Positions 8,716-18,177 of a stretch of DNA of 30,256 bases are shown in pieces. The stretch comes from Rhodospirillales bacterium (GTDB lineage: Bacteria; Pseudomonadota; Alphaproteobacteria; Rhodospirillales; Defluviicoccaceae), in contig JAHCKI010000001.1 of the NCBI GenBank assembly GCA_026125865.1, forward strand, positions 1 through 30,256. Reading direction: 5' to 3'. The stretch's first letter is position 1, and each line of letters begins with the position of its first letter. The notes below the pieces were generated by a model. The model worked only from the letters and a program-made list of their open reading frames with translations. It was not told where the DNA came from and ran no database searches. The position numbers were made by a program, and so were the translations under genes.

Positions 8716-10083
8716 TCAGTACGCGTACTCGTGGAAGACGGGGTCGACCGAGCCATGCCAGCGGCCGTTATATGCGGCGAGCAGGTCCTCGGCTGGTGTC
8801 AGGCCGGATTCCGCGATTTGAAACAGCGGGTTCAAGAACTTGGTTTCGTTCTGGCCGGTCCCATCGTCGATGTTTCGACTGTTGAGACCGTCGTGGGCAA
8901 TCTCCAACATCCGTAGGGCGATGTCGGCGACGGACTTTTCGCGAAATGCCGTCTTGAGAGCCAAGCGGGGCACGTCCCGGCGCAGATTGGCGTGTTCTTC
9001 CGGGGTCCAGTCGCGAACCAAGTCCCAGGCTGCCTGGCAGCTGGTCTCGTCATAGAGCAGGCCAACCCACAGTGCCGGCAACGCGCACAGCCTGTTCCAG
9101 GGACCGCCGTCGGTGCCCCGCATTTCGAGAAAGCGCTTCATGCGGACCTCGGTGAAAATGGTCGTGAGGTGATCCTCGAAGTCGGCCATCACCGGCAATT
9201 CACCCGGCAAGTCATGGAGGCGCCCGGCCATGAAATCGCGGAACGATTGTCCGGCGACATCGATGTATCGGTCGCCACGGTGGACAAAATACATGGGCAC
9301 ATCAAGGGCATAATCCACGTAGCGCTCGAACCCGAAGCCGTCCTCGAACACGAATGGCAACATACCGGTGCGGTCGGGATCGGTGTCCGTCCAGATGTGG
9401 CTGCGGTAGCTCAGGTAACCGTTTGGCCGCCCTTCCTTAAACGGCGAATTGGCGAACAAGGCCGTCGCGATCGGTTGCAGGGCGAGGCTGACACGAAACA
9501 TCCGCACCATGTCCGCCTCGGAAGCGAAGTCCAGGTTGACCTGCACCGTGCAGGTCGCTTGCATCATGTGCAGACCCAGGGCGCCCTTCGTCGGCATGTA
9601 TCGACGCATGATGGCGTAGCGGGCCTTCGGCATCCATGGCAATGACGACAACGGCCACTTGGGCTGATAGCCGAGCCCGAGAAAACCGACCTGCGCTTCC
9701 TTCGCCACGGTCTTCACTTGCTCCAGATGGCGATCCACTTCGCCGCACGTCTGATGGACGGACTTGAGCGGCGCGCCGGACAGTTCCAGTTGCCCGGCCG
9801 GTTCCAGGGTGATACTGCAACCTGTTTCGTCGGAGAGCGCGATGGGATTCCCGTTCTCGAGCACCGGCGTCCATCCGAAGCGGGTCAGTCCTTCGAGAAT
9901 GGTCCGTATGCCGCGTTCGCCTTCGTATGCCAACGGCCGTCCGTCTTCCAATTGATAGGCGAACTTCTCGTGTTCCGTGCCGATCCGCCAGCGGTCCCGC
10001 GGCTTGCAGCCGGCTTCCAGGTGTTCGACCAATTGACGCTTGTTGGTCAGCGGTTCGCTTGCGTGGTTCTCGTTGACGGCCAT
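8716..10083 (-). CDS. gshA: Glutamate--cysteine ligase (alphaproteobacterial/plant type)
   Basis: [57 protein letters not shown]. Confidence 0.95.
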   Translation of the reverse strand: MAVNENHASEPLTNKRQLVEHLEAGCKPRDRWRIGTEHEKFAYQLEDGRPLAYEGERGIRTILEGLTRFGWTPVLENGNPIALSDETGCSITLEPAGQLELSGAPLKSVHQTCGEVDRHLEQVKTVAKEAQVGFLGLGYQPKWPLSSLPWMPKARYAIMRRYMPTKGALGLHMMQATCTVQVNLDFASEADMVRMFRVSLALQPIATALFANSPFKEGRPNGYLSYRSHIWTDTDPDRTGMLPFVFEDGFGFERYVDYALDVPMYFVHRGDRYIDVAGQSFRDFMAGRLHDLPGELPVMADFEDHLTTIFTEVRMKRFLEMRGTDGGPWNRLCALPALWVGLLYDETSCQAAWDLVRDWTPEEHANLRRDVPRLALKTAFREKSVADIALRMLEIAHDGLNSRNIDDGTGQNETKFLNPLFQIAESGLTPAEDLLAAYNGRWHGSVDPVFHEYAY

Positions 10084-10126
10084 CGGGTGTCCCTACTGTT
10101 TGGCGGATTGCTTGTTGTTTGGCGGA

Positions 10127-10879
10127 TTACTGGGCGAGCGATTGGTTCCAGTCACCGGCCAAGGCCTGCCAGCAAACCAGCGCGGCAATGGCTGCGGTTT
10201 CCGCCCGAAGGATGCGCGGCCCCAGTGACGCGCGGGTAACAAAGGGCAGAGCAGCGAGGGCGTCAAGCTCGGAGGTTGCGAAGCCGCCTTCCGGCCCCAC
10301 CAGCATGCCGGCCGGCGAGCCATCGAAGTGGTGAACGATTTCCGCCAAAGGACGCCCTTCGCCCCGTTCGTCCATCACGATAAGGCGCCTGTCCCGAGGC
10401 CAATGGCTTTCCAGCGCGTCAAGGGCGATGGGCTCCGCGATGTCCGGTATGGTCAGGCGACGGCATTGCTCGGCGGCCTCAATGGCTCGGCTTCGCAGAC
10501 GGTCCAGGTTGACGCGCGCCGACTGGGTATGTTGGGTGAATACCGGCCATAGGCGGCTCACCCCCAGTTCCGTCGCTTTTTCGATGACGAAATCGACCCC
10601 CGTTTTTTTGATCGGCGCGAACAGAAGCCACGGGCCAGGCTCATCCCTCTGCGGCCGGAGTTGACGTTCGATTGTCAATTCGCACCGCCCCTTGCCCTGG
10701 GAATCGATGCGCGCCAGCCATTCTCCGTCACGGCCATTGAACACGCCGAGGACATCTCCGCGCGTCAGGCGCAGGACGCCGGCGAGATAGTGGGCCGGAG
10801 CCCCAACCGCGTCGATTTTCAGTGAAGCGGAGAGCTCTTTCGTCATATACAGCCGGGTCTTTGGCAACGACGTTGACAT
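10127..10879 (-). CDS. rsmE: 16S rRNA m3U1498 methyltransferase
   Basis: HYLAGVLRL, EKATELGV, AAEQC, LVGPEGGF, LGPRILRAETA. Confidence 0.95.
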   Translation of the reverse strand: MSTSLPKTRLYMTKELSASLKIDAVGAPAHYLAGVLRLTRGDVLGVFNGRDGEWLARIDSQGKGRCELTIERQLRPQRDEPGPWLLFAPIKKTGVDFVIEKATELGVSRLWPVFTQHTQSARVNLDRLRSRAIEAAEQCRRLTIPDIAEPIALDALESHWPRDRRLIVMDERGEGRPLAEIVHHFDGSPAGMLVGPEGGFATSELDALAALPFVTRASLGPRILRAETAAIAALVCWQALAGDWNQSLAQ

Positions 10880-10941
10880 GGGCTAAGTCTCAGCACAGGG
10901 CGTTCTCGCCGTCCAGGAATAACAGTTCAAAGTATCGTGAA

Positions 10942-11862
10942 GTGATCGACCATTCGTACGGCACTAAAACCGATATTCGTGGCGACAGCATCATTTTGCG
11001 CGCCGCGCCGGCAGCCTTGCGCCCCTATTTGCGATTGGCGCGGGTGGATCGGCCCATCGGCACCTGGTTGCTTCTTTTGCCCGGGTGGTGGAGCATCGCG
11101 CTGGCTTCCGACAGCTGGCCGGACCCGTGGTTGCTATTGCTCTTCGCCATCGGCGCCCTGGTCATGCGCGGCGCCGGATGCACGCTGAACGACATTGCCG
11201 ACCGTCACTTCGACGCCAAGGTCGCCCGCACCGCGACCCGCCCCATACCCGCCGGCGAGGTCAGTGTCCTTCAAGCCTTCGTGTTCATGGGCACTCTATG
11301 CCTCGTGGGCCTCGTGATCCTGTTGCAGTTCAATGCTTTTGCGATCGTGCTGGGTGTGGCCTCACTGGCATTGGTCGCTGTCTATCCATTCATGAAGCGC
11401 ATCACCTACTGGCCGCAGGCCTGCTTGGGACTTACGTTCAACTGGGGCGCCTTGCTGGGATGGGCAACGGTCCGCGGCGACCTGGAAGCACCGGCAATCG
11501 CGCTTTATGTGGGCGGACTTTTTTGGACGCTGGGTTATGACACCATTTACGCCCACCAGGACAAGGAGGATGACGTCTTAGTAGGCGTCAGATCGACGGC
11601 CCTTCGGCTGGGAGAACAGACCAAACCGATTGTTTCGGGTTTCTATGCCATGGCCGTCGCGTTGTTCCTGATCGCCGGCCATGCATCCGGGCTTGGGCTT
11701 TCCTACTTGGTCGCGATCGTGTTGGTGTCGATCCACTTTACTTGGCAAGTCCTGTTCGTCGATCTCGACGACCCGAAGGATTGCCTCAAGGTGTTCAAAT
11801 CCAATCGCGACCTGGCACTCATTCTGTTCGTCGGAATCGTCTTCGCCCAGGTCCTTGGCTGA
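10942..11862 (+). CDS. ubiA: 4-hydroxybenzoate octaprenyltransferase
   Basis: LARVDRPIGTWLLLLP, NDIADRHFDAKVARTATRP, YDTIYAHQDKEDD. Start chosen at GTG 10942 to avoid overlap with the divergent rsmE; exact start uncertain. Confidence 0.93.
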   Translation: MIDHSYGTKTDIRGDSIILRAAPAALRPYLRLARVDRPIGTWLLLLPGWWSIALASDSWPDPWLLLLFAIGALVMRGAGCTLNDIADRHFDAKVARTATRPIPAGEVSVLQAFVFMGTLCLVGLVILLQFNAFAIVLGVASLALVAVYPFMKRITYWPQACLGLTFNWGALLGWATVRGDLEAPAIALYVGGLFWTLGYDTIYAHQDKEDDVLVGVRSTALRLGEQTKPIVSGFYAMAVALFLIAGHASGLGLSYLVAIVLVSIHFTWQVLFVDLDDPKDCLKVFKSNRDLALILFVGIVFAQVLG

Positions 11863-11871
11863 AGGGCCTCT

Positions 11872-12948
11872 CTATCGATAGCTGAGGTGGCCTTCGATGC
11901 GGCGGAACGCCTTTCCCGGCCAATGAGATGCGGGCCCAAGCGGCAGTCGCTCGAACATGCGCTCGATACTGAAACGCGCCCGTCGCGCCAGCGTTGGTAA
12001 CGACAGGGGGCTACCCACATAGCCATCGGCGACGTCGGTCGCCCGATTCGCCAGCCGCAGCTTGAACTCATAGTTTCCCTTGCCGAGATCAATGGTGTTC
12101 ACGCCCAAGTCGGTGCATGATTCGATCATCTTCAGGAGCAGAATTTGACCCGGTGAGTACTTACCGAGCTCAGGATCATAAATGGGGTACCAGTGGTGCC
12201 ACACGGTCCGCGAGCGCATGCCCATGTGTCCGGCGATCAGCCGATCGCCAATCCACAAGGACGACAGCACGCCGCCGAACTGGGGTTCGTCCATCCGGTG
12301 CAGGTCCTTGATCAGGGCCTCCGTCCAGCCGTAACCGAACCCGTCCACTGCCCGCGTCCGTCGATATTGCTGGCGTTTCCAATCGATAACGGCTGCGAGG
12401 GTTCGAGGATCCGTGTCTTTCAGCACCCACCTTAGTTCGCCGATTTCGCGCTCAAGTTTGCGGCGCTGGCGCTGAGTTTTCGTGAACACTTGCGATCCGG
12501 ATTTTCGCCGTTCGTCTACGTAGGCGTCGTAGCCTTGCGACAGATCGATCACATGGGATGGTTCGATGGTCTCGTCCCGGCCGTGCAGCGCCGCTTGCGA
12601 CACCAGAAGGTTGCTGTACTTGAAGCTGGTGAGCCCGCAGCCCCGCAACAGCGTGAACGTATCGATGGCTTGATCGGGACCGGCGATCGCACCTTGGTAG
12701 TCCGACAGCGGCCCGCCGATGGGAACGCCGAGACCGAACGCGCGCATTTGAAACGGGAAGAACCCGGCGATGGCGCCCGCGTCCTCGATGATGGCGACGA
12801 AGGTGTCCCGCCGCACTCGGCCCACGGCCAAGGTGAACTCCGGACAGAAATAGGGGCTCATCAACGCCGGATTGCGCGCCTGCAATCCGGCCCAAATGCC
12901 GATCTGCTCCGTGGTAAGCTCCTCGGGACGAATGACGTGAATCTTCAT
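11872..12948 (-). CDS. GNAT-fold protein, CelD/BcsL-like (Acetyltransf_6) family
   Basis: SPYFCPEF, GGPLSDYQG, RRKLEREIG, YDPELGKYSPGQILL, IDLGKGNYEFK. Confidence 0.8.
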   Translation of the reverse strand: MKIHVIRPEELTTEQIGIWAGLQARNPALMSPYFCPEFTLAVGRVRRDTFVAIIEDAGAIAGFFPFQMRAFGLGVPIGGPLSDYQGAIAGPDQAIDTFTLLRGCGLTSFKYSNLLVSQAALHGRDETIEPSHVIDLSQGYDAYVDERRKSGSQVFTKTQRQRRKLEREIGELRWVLKDTDPRTLAAVIDWKRQQYRRTRAVDGFGYGWTEALIKDLHRMDEPQFGGVLSSLWIGDRLIAGHMGMRSRTVWHHWYPIYDPELGKYSPGQILLLKMIESCTDLGVNTIDLGKGNYEFKLRLANRATDVADGYVGSPLSLPTLARRARFSIERMFERLPLGPASHWPGKAFRRIEGHLSYR

Positions 12949-12979
12949 CGTCGTTCCGGGCTTCTCAGAAAGAGCGGGA

Positions 12980-13891
12980 TCACGGTCGAGCGGCGCTGAA
13001 GGTGTCGCAAACGCCGGGATCGCCGCTTTCGAGGCCGCGTCGAAACCAGCTTACCCGTTGCGCCGAGCTGCCGTGCGTGAACGAGTCCGGAACCACGCGA
13101 CCGGAGGCCCGCCGCTGCAAGCGATCGTCACCGACGGCGCTTGCCGCGTTCAACCCTTCCTCGATGTCACCCGCCTCCAGGATGTTACGCGCGCGATGGG
13201 CGCGGTTGGCCCAGACGCCGGCAAAGCAGTCGGCTTGCAGTTCCAATCGGACGGATAAGGCGTTGGCCTCTTGTTTGTTCGATTGCTGTTGCGCCGCTTG
13301 AACCTTGCGACTGATGCCGAGCACGGTCTGAATGTGATGACCCACTTCGTGGGCGATAACGTAAGCCTGGGCAAAATCGCCGGGCGCGCCGAAGCGGTTG
13401 CTCAGGTCGCCGAAAAAGCCGAGATCGAGATAGATCTTGCGATCCCCCGGGCAGTAGAACGGCCCGGTCGCCGCCTCCGCGAAACCGCACGCCGAATTGA
13501 CCGCATCGGTGAACAGCACCAGGTTCGGCTCCTCATAGCGGTTGCCGGCGTCGAGAAAAACCTGGTTCCAGGTGTCTTCGGTGTCGGCGAGCACCACCGA
13601 TACAAAATCCTTGAGCTGCTCTTCACCCGCGGATTGTGGCCTTGGTGGGCTGACGGCGGATGGTTGGACGGAGGTGGACATGCCGCCGAGAAACATGCTC
13701 GGGTCGAAGCCGAAGAATAGTCCGATGAGCACGACGATGATGGCGCCGATGCCGCCTATACCGCCGCGGCGGCCGACCCGCATGCCCCCGGGGAAGGAAA
13801 TGCCGCGACCCGTGCGAAAACCGCCGCCCCCGAAGGTGCCGCCGCGCCTGTCTTCAATGTTGCTGCTGCGTCGCCCCATTCGCCATCGCAT
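12980..13891 (-). CDS. ypfJ: Neutral zinc metallopeptidase, YpfJ family
   Basis: RRSSNIEDRR N-terminus, single TM, SACG/GPFYCP, HEVGH zinc motif, ELQADCFAG, SFTHGSSAQR. Confidence 0.9.
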   Translation of the reverse strand: MRWRMGRRSSNIEDRRGGTFGGGGFRTGRGISFPGGMRVGRRGGIGGIGAIIVVLIGLFFGFDPSMFLGGMSTSVQPSAVSPPRPQSAGEEQLKDFVSVVLADTEDTWNQVFLDAGNRYEEPNLVLFTDAVNSACGFAEAATGPFYCPGDRKIYLDLGFFGDLSNRFGAPGDFAQAYVIAHEVGHHIQTVLGISRKVQAAQQQSNKQEANALSVRLELQADCFAGVWANRAHRARNILEAGDIEEGLNAASAVGDDRLQRRASGRVVPDSFTHGSSAQRVSWFRRGLESGDPGVCDTFSAARP

Positions 13892-14009
13892 GCCGTCGCC
13901 TCTCCTCTTGTTTCGCGCGTTTGTATTGTCCTTGGGTTATCGGGTCGGGAGTTGACAGGGATCATAGCAGAATCCGCGGCGGAGGTCTCGCCTGCGCCGC
14001 GAAAGCCTT

Positions 14010-14795
14010 TCAGTGACTTGGCGTGGCGCCGATCTTTTTCAGGGCCTCGCGCACCGTCAGGATTTCGGCGCCGGACTCCGTAGCTGCCCGCAAGGCGTCA
14101 TTGAGCTGAGGTTCCGTGCAGCCATAGGGGGAAGGCGTTGCGCCGATGTCATGAGTGACAAAAATGAGCCAGCCTCCAACGCGGGCATTCTCCTCGATAA
14201 GGCGATGGGCGGTCGCTTGCTGTTCGACGGGATGGTAAAGAAGTTCCGCTGATAGATTGGCGAGATCGATCGTTCCCTGGTTTATTCCCCGAAACACACC
14301 GCGCCCTGATGTGAAACGCTTTGCGATTTCGACCTGAAGGCCGTGGCAAATACGCCCATAGGGATAGGCGAAATTCTCGTACTTGTAGCCATTCAACAGC
14401 GCCGCGACCTCGCGGGAATTGCGATCGATATCACGAGCGAGATCGCCGGGTGAAGCGCGCAAGCCATCGAGATGACTGAAGGTGTGACAGGCAAGTTCAT
14501 GGCCGCGGGTCACCACGTCGATAATATCCTCCGCGGATGCGTATTCTTCGATCTCATTGCGAGTACCTTGGAGGCCGGCGCAGACGTAGTAGGTTCCGCG
14601 CACACTGTATTTCTCCAGAATATCAAAACCAGTGCGCGCGGCGGAGCGCGGGAAATCGTCGAATGTAAAGGTGACGATCGGGCGCCGGTTGACCAGCGTA
14701 TGGGGTTTGACTTTGATCCACCGCGCGAACCGAAATCTCATCCTGTCAGCGAGCGTGACAGGCGGTTCTTCATACAAAAGGTTAGTGTATCGCAT
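14010..14795 (-). CDS. Polysaccharide deacetylase (CE4/NodB-like)
   Basis: TFTFDD (motif 1), HELACHTFSH (motif 2), FAYPYG (motif 3), LIFVTHD (motif 5). Confidence 0.85.
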   Translation of the reverse strand: MRYTNLLYEEPPVTLADRMRFRFARWIKVKPHTLVNRRPIVTFTFDDFPRSAARTGFDILEKYSVRGTYYVCAGLQGTRNEIEEYASAEDIIDVVTRGHELACHTFSHLDGLRASPGDLARDIDRNSREVAALLNGYKYENFAYPYGRICHGLQVEIAKRFTSGRGVFRGINQGTIDLANLSAELLYHPVEQQATAHRLIEENARVGGWLIFVTHDIGATPSPYGCTEPQLNDALRAATESGAEILTVREALKKIGATPSH

Positions 14796-14927
14796 TTGCA
14801 GATCAGCCTATCGCAATTGCCGCAGTGAATCACGTCTTTTAGAAACAGGTTACTTCATTTTTTGGAAAGACTTTACTTTAGTGTGTATGCTGTTGGCGGG
14901 GCTTTGCAATGCAAGCCCGACCTGTCG

Positions 14928-15338
14928 TCAGATGCCGGCGCACACCGGGGAGGCCGTCGATCGTTCTCGGTCTTGAAGGAGTTCAGAGCATCGTGCTTCC
15001 AGGGCCGCCAATTCGCGCAATGTGACTTCGATATCCTGACTGTGCTGCTTGAGCGCAGCGCTTCGCTGTTCGATCTTGTCCAGGACCAGGCGAAGCTGCG
15101 TGACTTCGGATCGATCAACGTCGTAGAGGTTGATCATCTCGCTGATTTCCTCGATGGAAAAACCGAGCCGTTTGCCCCGCATGATGAGCTTCAGCCTAAC
15201 CCGATCCCGGGTGCGGTAGATGCGTCGATTGCCTTCGCGTAGCGGTTTGATGAGACCGCGATCTTCGTAAAAGCGGATCGTCCGAGTCGTGATACCGAAC
15301 TCGTTCGCCAATTCGGTAATGCCATAGGTTCGCGTCAT
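14928..15338 (-). CDS. liuR: MerR-family transcriptional regulator, LiuR type
   Basis: ITELANEFGITTRTIRFYEDRGL, RDRVRLKLIMRGKRLGFS, LYD...QL...I pattern of LiuR; LiuR-like operator directly upstream. Confidence 0.8.
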   Translation of the reverse strand: MTRTYGITELANEFGITTRTIRFYEDRGLIKPLREGNRRIYRTRDRVRLKLIMRGKRLGFSIEEISEMINLYDVDRSEVTQLRLVLDKIEQRSAALKQHSQDIEVTLRELAALEARCSELLQDRERSTASPVCAGI

Positions 15339-15357
15339 GGCGACAGGGTAATTGCCG

Positions 15358-15373
15358 TTTACGTAAAGGTAAA
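15358..15373. promoter_or_regulatory. Putative LiuR operator (autoregulatory)
   Basis: TTTACGT-AA-AGGTAAA, one mismatch from the palindrome TTTACGT-N2-ACGTAAA, 20-35 bp upstream of the liuR ATG. Confidence 0.7.
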
Positions 15374-15401
15374 GTGTCTTTCGCCGTCGGTTGCCGCGTG
15401 T

Positions 15402-16817
15402 TTACAGAAGGAGCAGGGAGGCCAGCCCCAGGAAGGCGAAAAAGCCGACCACATCGGTGACGGTCGTCAGAAACACGCTCGACGCCACCGCTGGATCGAT
15501 ACCGAACCGTTCGAGCAACAACGGTATGGTCGCGCCGGACAAGGCGGCGATTACCAAATTCACGATCATGGCCAAGGCGATGACGACAACGATTCCCAAG
15601 TTTTCGAACCATATCCAGGCGACAACCGCCGTGGTGACAGCGAACAGGCAACCGTTGACGATGCCGACCAGCAATTCCTTCGAGATAACCCGCGCCGCGT
15701 TGGCGGGGGTTAGCTCCTTGGTCGCCAAGGCGCGCACGGCGACCGTCAGGGTTTGCGTTCCCGCGTTGCCGCCCATCGAGGCGACGATCGGCATGAGGAC
15801 GGCAAGGGCGACGATCTTCTCGATCGCGCTCTCGAACATCCCGATAACGAAGGACGCCAGAACCGCCGTGCCGAGATTGACGAGCAGCCATGTGAAACGG
15901 GATCGCGCGGTTTCGATGGTCGCGCTGTAGAGGTCGTCCTGGGCGACGCCGCCCAGTCGCATGATGTCGTCTTCGTGTTCTTCATCGATCACGTCGACGA
16001 CGTCATCGATGGTGATCACACCGACGAGCCGTCCGCCGTCGTCGACGACCGGCGCCGACGTAAGGTCCCGTTGCCGGAACAGGAAGGCGACATCCTCCTG
16101 GTCCGTATTCGTGTGGATTACCTTGATTTCGCTTTGCATGATTTCGGTGACGAGCACCGGACGCCGCGTCCGCAACAAACGGCTGAGGGTGACTGCACCC
16201 ACCGGTCGATGGCCCGGATCGACAACGAAAATGTCGTGGAAATCGTGGGGCAGAATGTCTTCGTCCTGGTCCGCCGCTTGGCGTAGGTAATCGATGATTT
16301 CTCCCACCGACCAGAACGTCGGCACGGCCACCAGTTCGCGGCGCATGAGACGGCCGGCGCTGTCTTCCTGGTAGGCGAGCCCTTCTTCGATGAGGGCCCG
16401 ATCCTCCGGCGGGATCTCTTCCAGGACTCTGCGCTGTTCGTCCTCGTCCAGTTCGGACAGAACAAGGACGGCGTCGTCCGTTTCCAATTCGGAGATTGCG
16501 GCGGCGGTTTCTTGGAGACCCAGGACTTCGATAACGTCGTCACGGACGTTTTCGTCCAATTCCGCGAGGACTTGCGGATGGAAGTCGTCGCGTATCGTCG
16601 TGACGAACGCGCGGCGCTGATCGCCATCGAGGCTCTGGACAAGGTCGGCAACATCGGCGTCGTGGACGTCCGCGATCAGTTCGCGAAGCTGCTCCGCGTC
16701 CTTACGCTCCAGCGCCTCCTCGACCGCTTCGATCAGGGTGGAATCGAGTTCGAAACCGCTGTCCCGGGCTTCGGCCTGGGCCTGCTCTTCGTCCGTCTGG
16801 CGCTCGGAGTCGGTCAC
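15402..16817 (-). CDS. mgtE: Magnesium transporter MgtE
   Basis: Acidic N domain, EDSAGRLM, tandem CBS (APVVDDGGRLVGVITIDD), SMGGNAGTQ, DPAVASSVFLTTVTDVVG. Confidence 0.95.
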   Translation of the reverse strand: MTDSERQTDEEQAQAEARDSGFELDSTLIEAVEEALERKDAEQLRELIADVHDADVADLVQSLDGDQRRAFVTTIRDDFHPQVLAELDENVRDDVIEVLGLQETAAAISELETDDAVLVLSELDEDEQRRVLEEIPPEDRALIEEGLAYQEDSAGRLMRRELVAVPTFWSVGEIIDYLRQAADQDEDILPHDFHDIFVVDPGHRPVGAVTLSRLLRTRRPVLVTEIMQSEIKVIHTNTDQEDVAFLFRQRDLTSAPVVDDGGRLVGVITIDDVVDVIDEEHEDDIMRLGGVAQDDLYSATIETARSRFTWLLVNLGTAVLASFVIGMFESAIEKIVALAVLMPIVASMGGNAGTQTLTVAVRALATKELTPANAARVISKELLVGIVNGCLFAVTTAVVAWIWFENLGIVVVIALAMIVNLVIAALSGATIPLLLERFGIDPAVASSVFLTTVTDVVGFFAFLGLASLLLL

Positions 16818-17024
16818 AACGGCAGCCTTTCGATCTGATCCGTTCGGTCCACGCCCGTACGCTGGCCACGCCTATGCACTTGATCGCGTCGGTGCCTACG
16901 TCGTCGCCGATGCCGATGCGGTGTGACGACCAACGTACGAAGTCGAGATGCTTCGTTTTCGATATTTGAGCTTGATCCGGCTTGCTCAAAGCCAACGTTC
17001 CGAACCAAATTCGGACCGTTAAAA

Positions 17025-17111
17025 TGGTGCGGTCGAGAAGACTCGAACTTCCACGGGGTCTCCCCCACAGCGCCCTCAACGCTGCGCGTCTACCAATTCC
17101 GCCACGACCGC
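17025..17111 (-). tRNA. tRNA-Leu (anticodon GAG)
   Basis: 87-nt cloverleaf GCGGTCG...CGACCGCACCA; D-loop GGAATTGGTAGAC; anticodon stem CAGCG/CGCTG with loop TTGAGGG; long variable arm; TTCGAG T-loop; encoded CCA. Confidence 0.96.
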
Positions 17112-17212
17112 GATAAACCTTGCGGCAAGGTCAATGCTTGCCGTTTGATGAAGGGCGAATACCAGATCCCGGCAACCTGATCAAGAACTGGCTCGGGAGC
17201 ATCGAACCCACA

Positions 17213-17926
17213 ATGTTGCGAAAACCGCCGCAAGCGGACGCGAATACGCACGATCCCGAACTTTTTCGAACCCTTGAGGTTGCCCATGGCGTGGATTGGA
17301 TGCGCGGCAGCTCTTTTGTCGACTATCCGGCAGCGGTGGCGGCTATGGAGGCGCGGGTCGAAGCGATCCGCCAAGGTGCCGCGCGGGAGGCGGTATGGTT
17401 CCTGGAACATCCACCAGTCTACACCGCGGGAACCAGCGCCCGGCCGGAGGAGCTTCTGAATCAAGGGGGAATCCCTGTCCATCGCACCGGGCGCGGCGGC
17501 CGCTTCACCTACCATGGCCCGGGACAACGGGTGGTCTACGTCATGCTGGATCTGCGCCGGCGTGGTCAGGACGTTCGCGCCCATGTTTGCAGGCTCGAAC
17601 AGTGGATCATCGATGCCCTATCCCGCCTGGGCGTTCACGGCGAACGGCGCCGTGACCGCATCGGCATCTGGGTCGTCCGCGATGACGGCCGCGAGGAAAA
17701 GATCGCGGCCATCGGCGTCCGCGTTCGCCGTTGGGTTACCTACCATGGCATGGCCATCAACGTGTCGCCCGATCTCGCCCACTTTCAAGGCATCGTGCCC
17801 TGCGGCATCACCGGCCATGGCGTCACGTCTTTACGGGACTTGGGCGTAGAAGCGGACATGGGTGTTTTGGATGCGGCACTGAGCGCAACCTATTCAGCGA
17901 CATTTTTGCAAATGAACGGCTCTTAA
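17213..17926 (+). CDS. lipB: Lipoyl(octanoyl) transferase
   Basis: [50 protein letters not shown]. Start uncertain (ORF open from 17120). Confidence 0.95.
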   Translation: MLRKPPQADANTHDPELFRTLEVAHGVDWMRGSSFVDYPAAVAAMEARVEAIRQGAAREAVWFLEHPPVYTAGTSARPEELLNQGGIPVHRTGRGGRFTYHGPGQRVVYVMLDLRRRGQDVRAHVCRLEQWIIDALSRLGVHGERRRDRIGIWVVRDDGREEKIAAIGVRVRRWVTYHGMAINVSPDLAHFQGIVPCGITGHGVTSLRDLGVEADMGVLDAALSATYSATFLQMNGS

Positions 17927-18177
17927 GTGTAAATGTGAAGCCGCTTCGGCGACGAAATCGGGAAAATAACCAAAAAGGCGAACAATCAAGGCTTGTGTAC
18001 AATCCACGCTTGTGAGCAGTGCCACTTTTGCGGGATACCAAAATGGGTATCCGATATATCCCATAAGCGTACTACCCCATTACTGAGTATATTTGTACCC
18101 TGTCGAGGTATGAAGTATTGGTTTTTCAGAATGGCGGCGCGGGACGGCTGCCTCACAGAACGGTTTACAATTGTACG

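Noticed and set aside
17025-17111. tRNA-Leu as an integration site for an island
   Set aside because: No integrase and no duplicated tRNA 3' end noticed; mgtE-tRNA-lipB is ordinary synteny.
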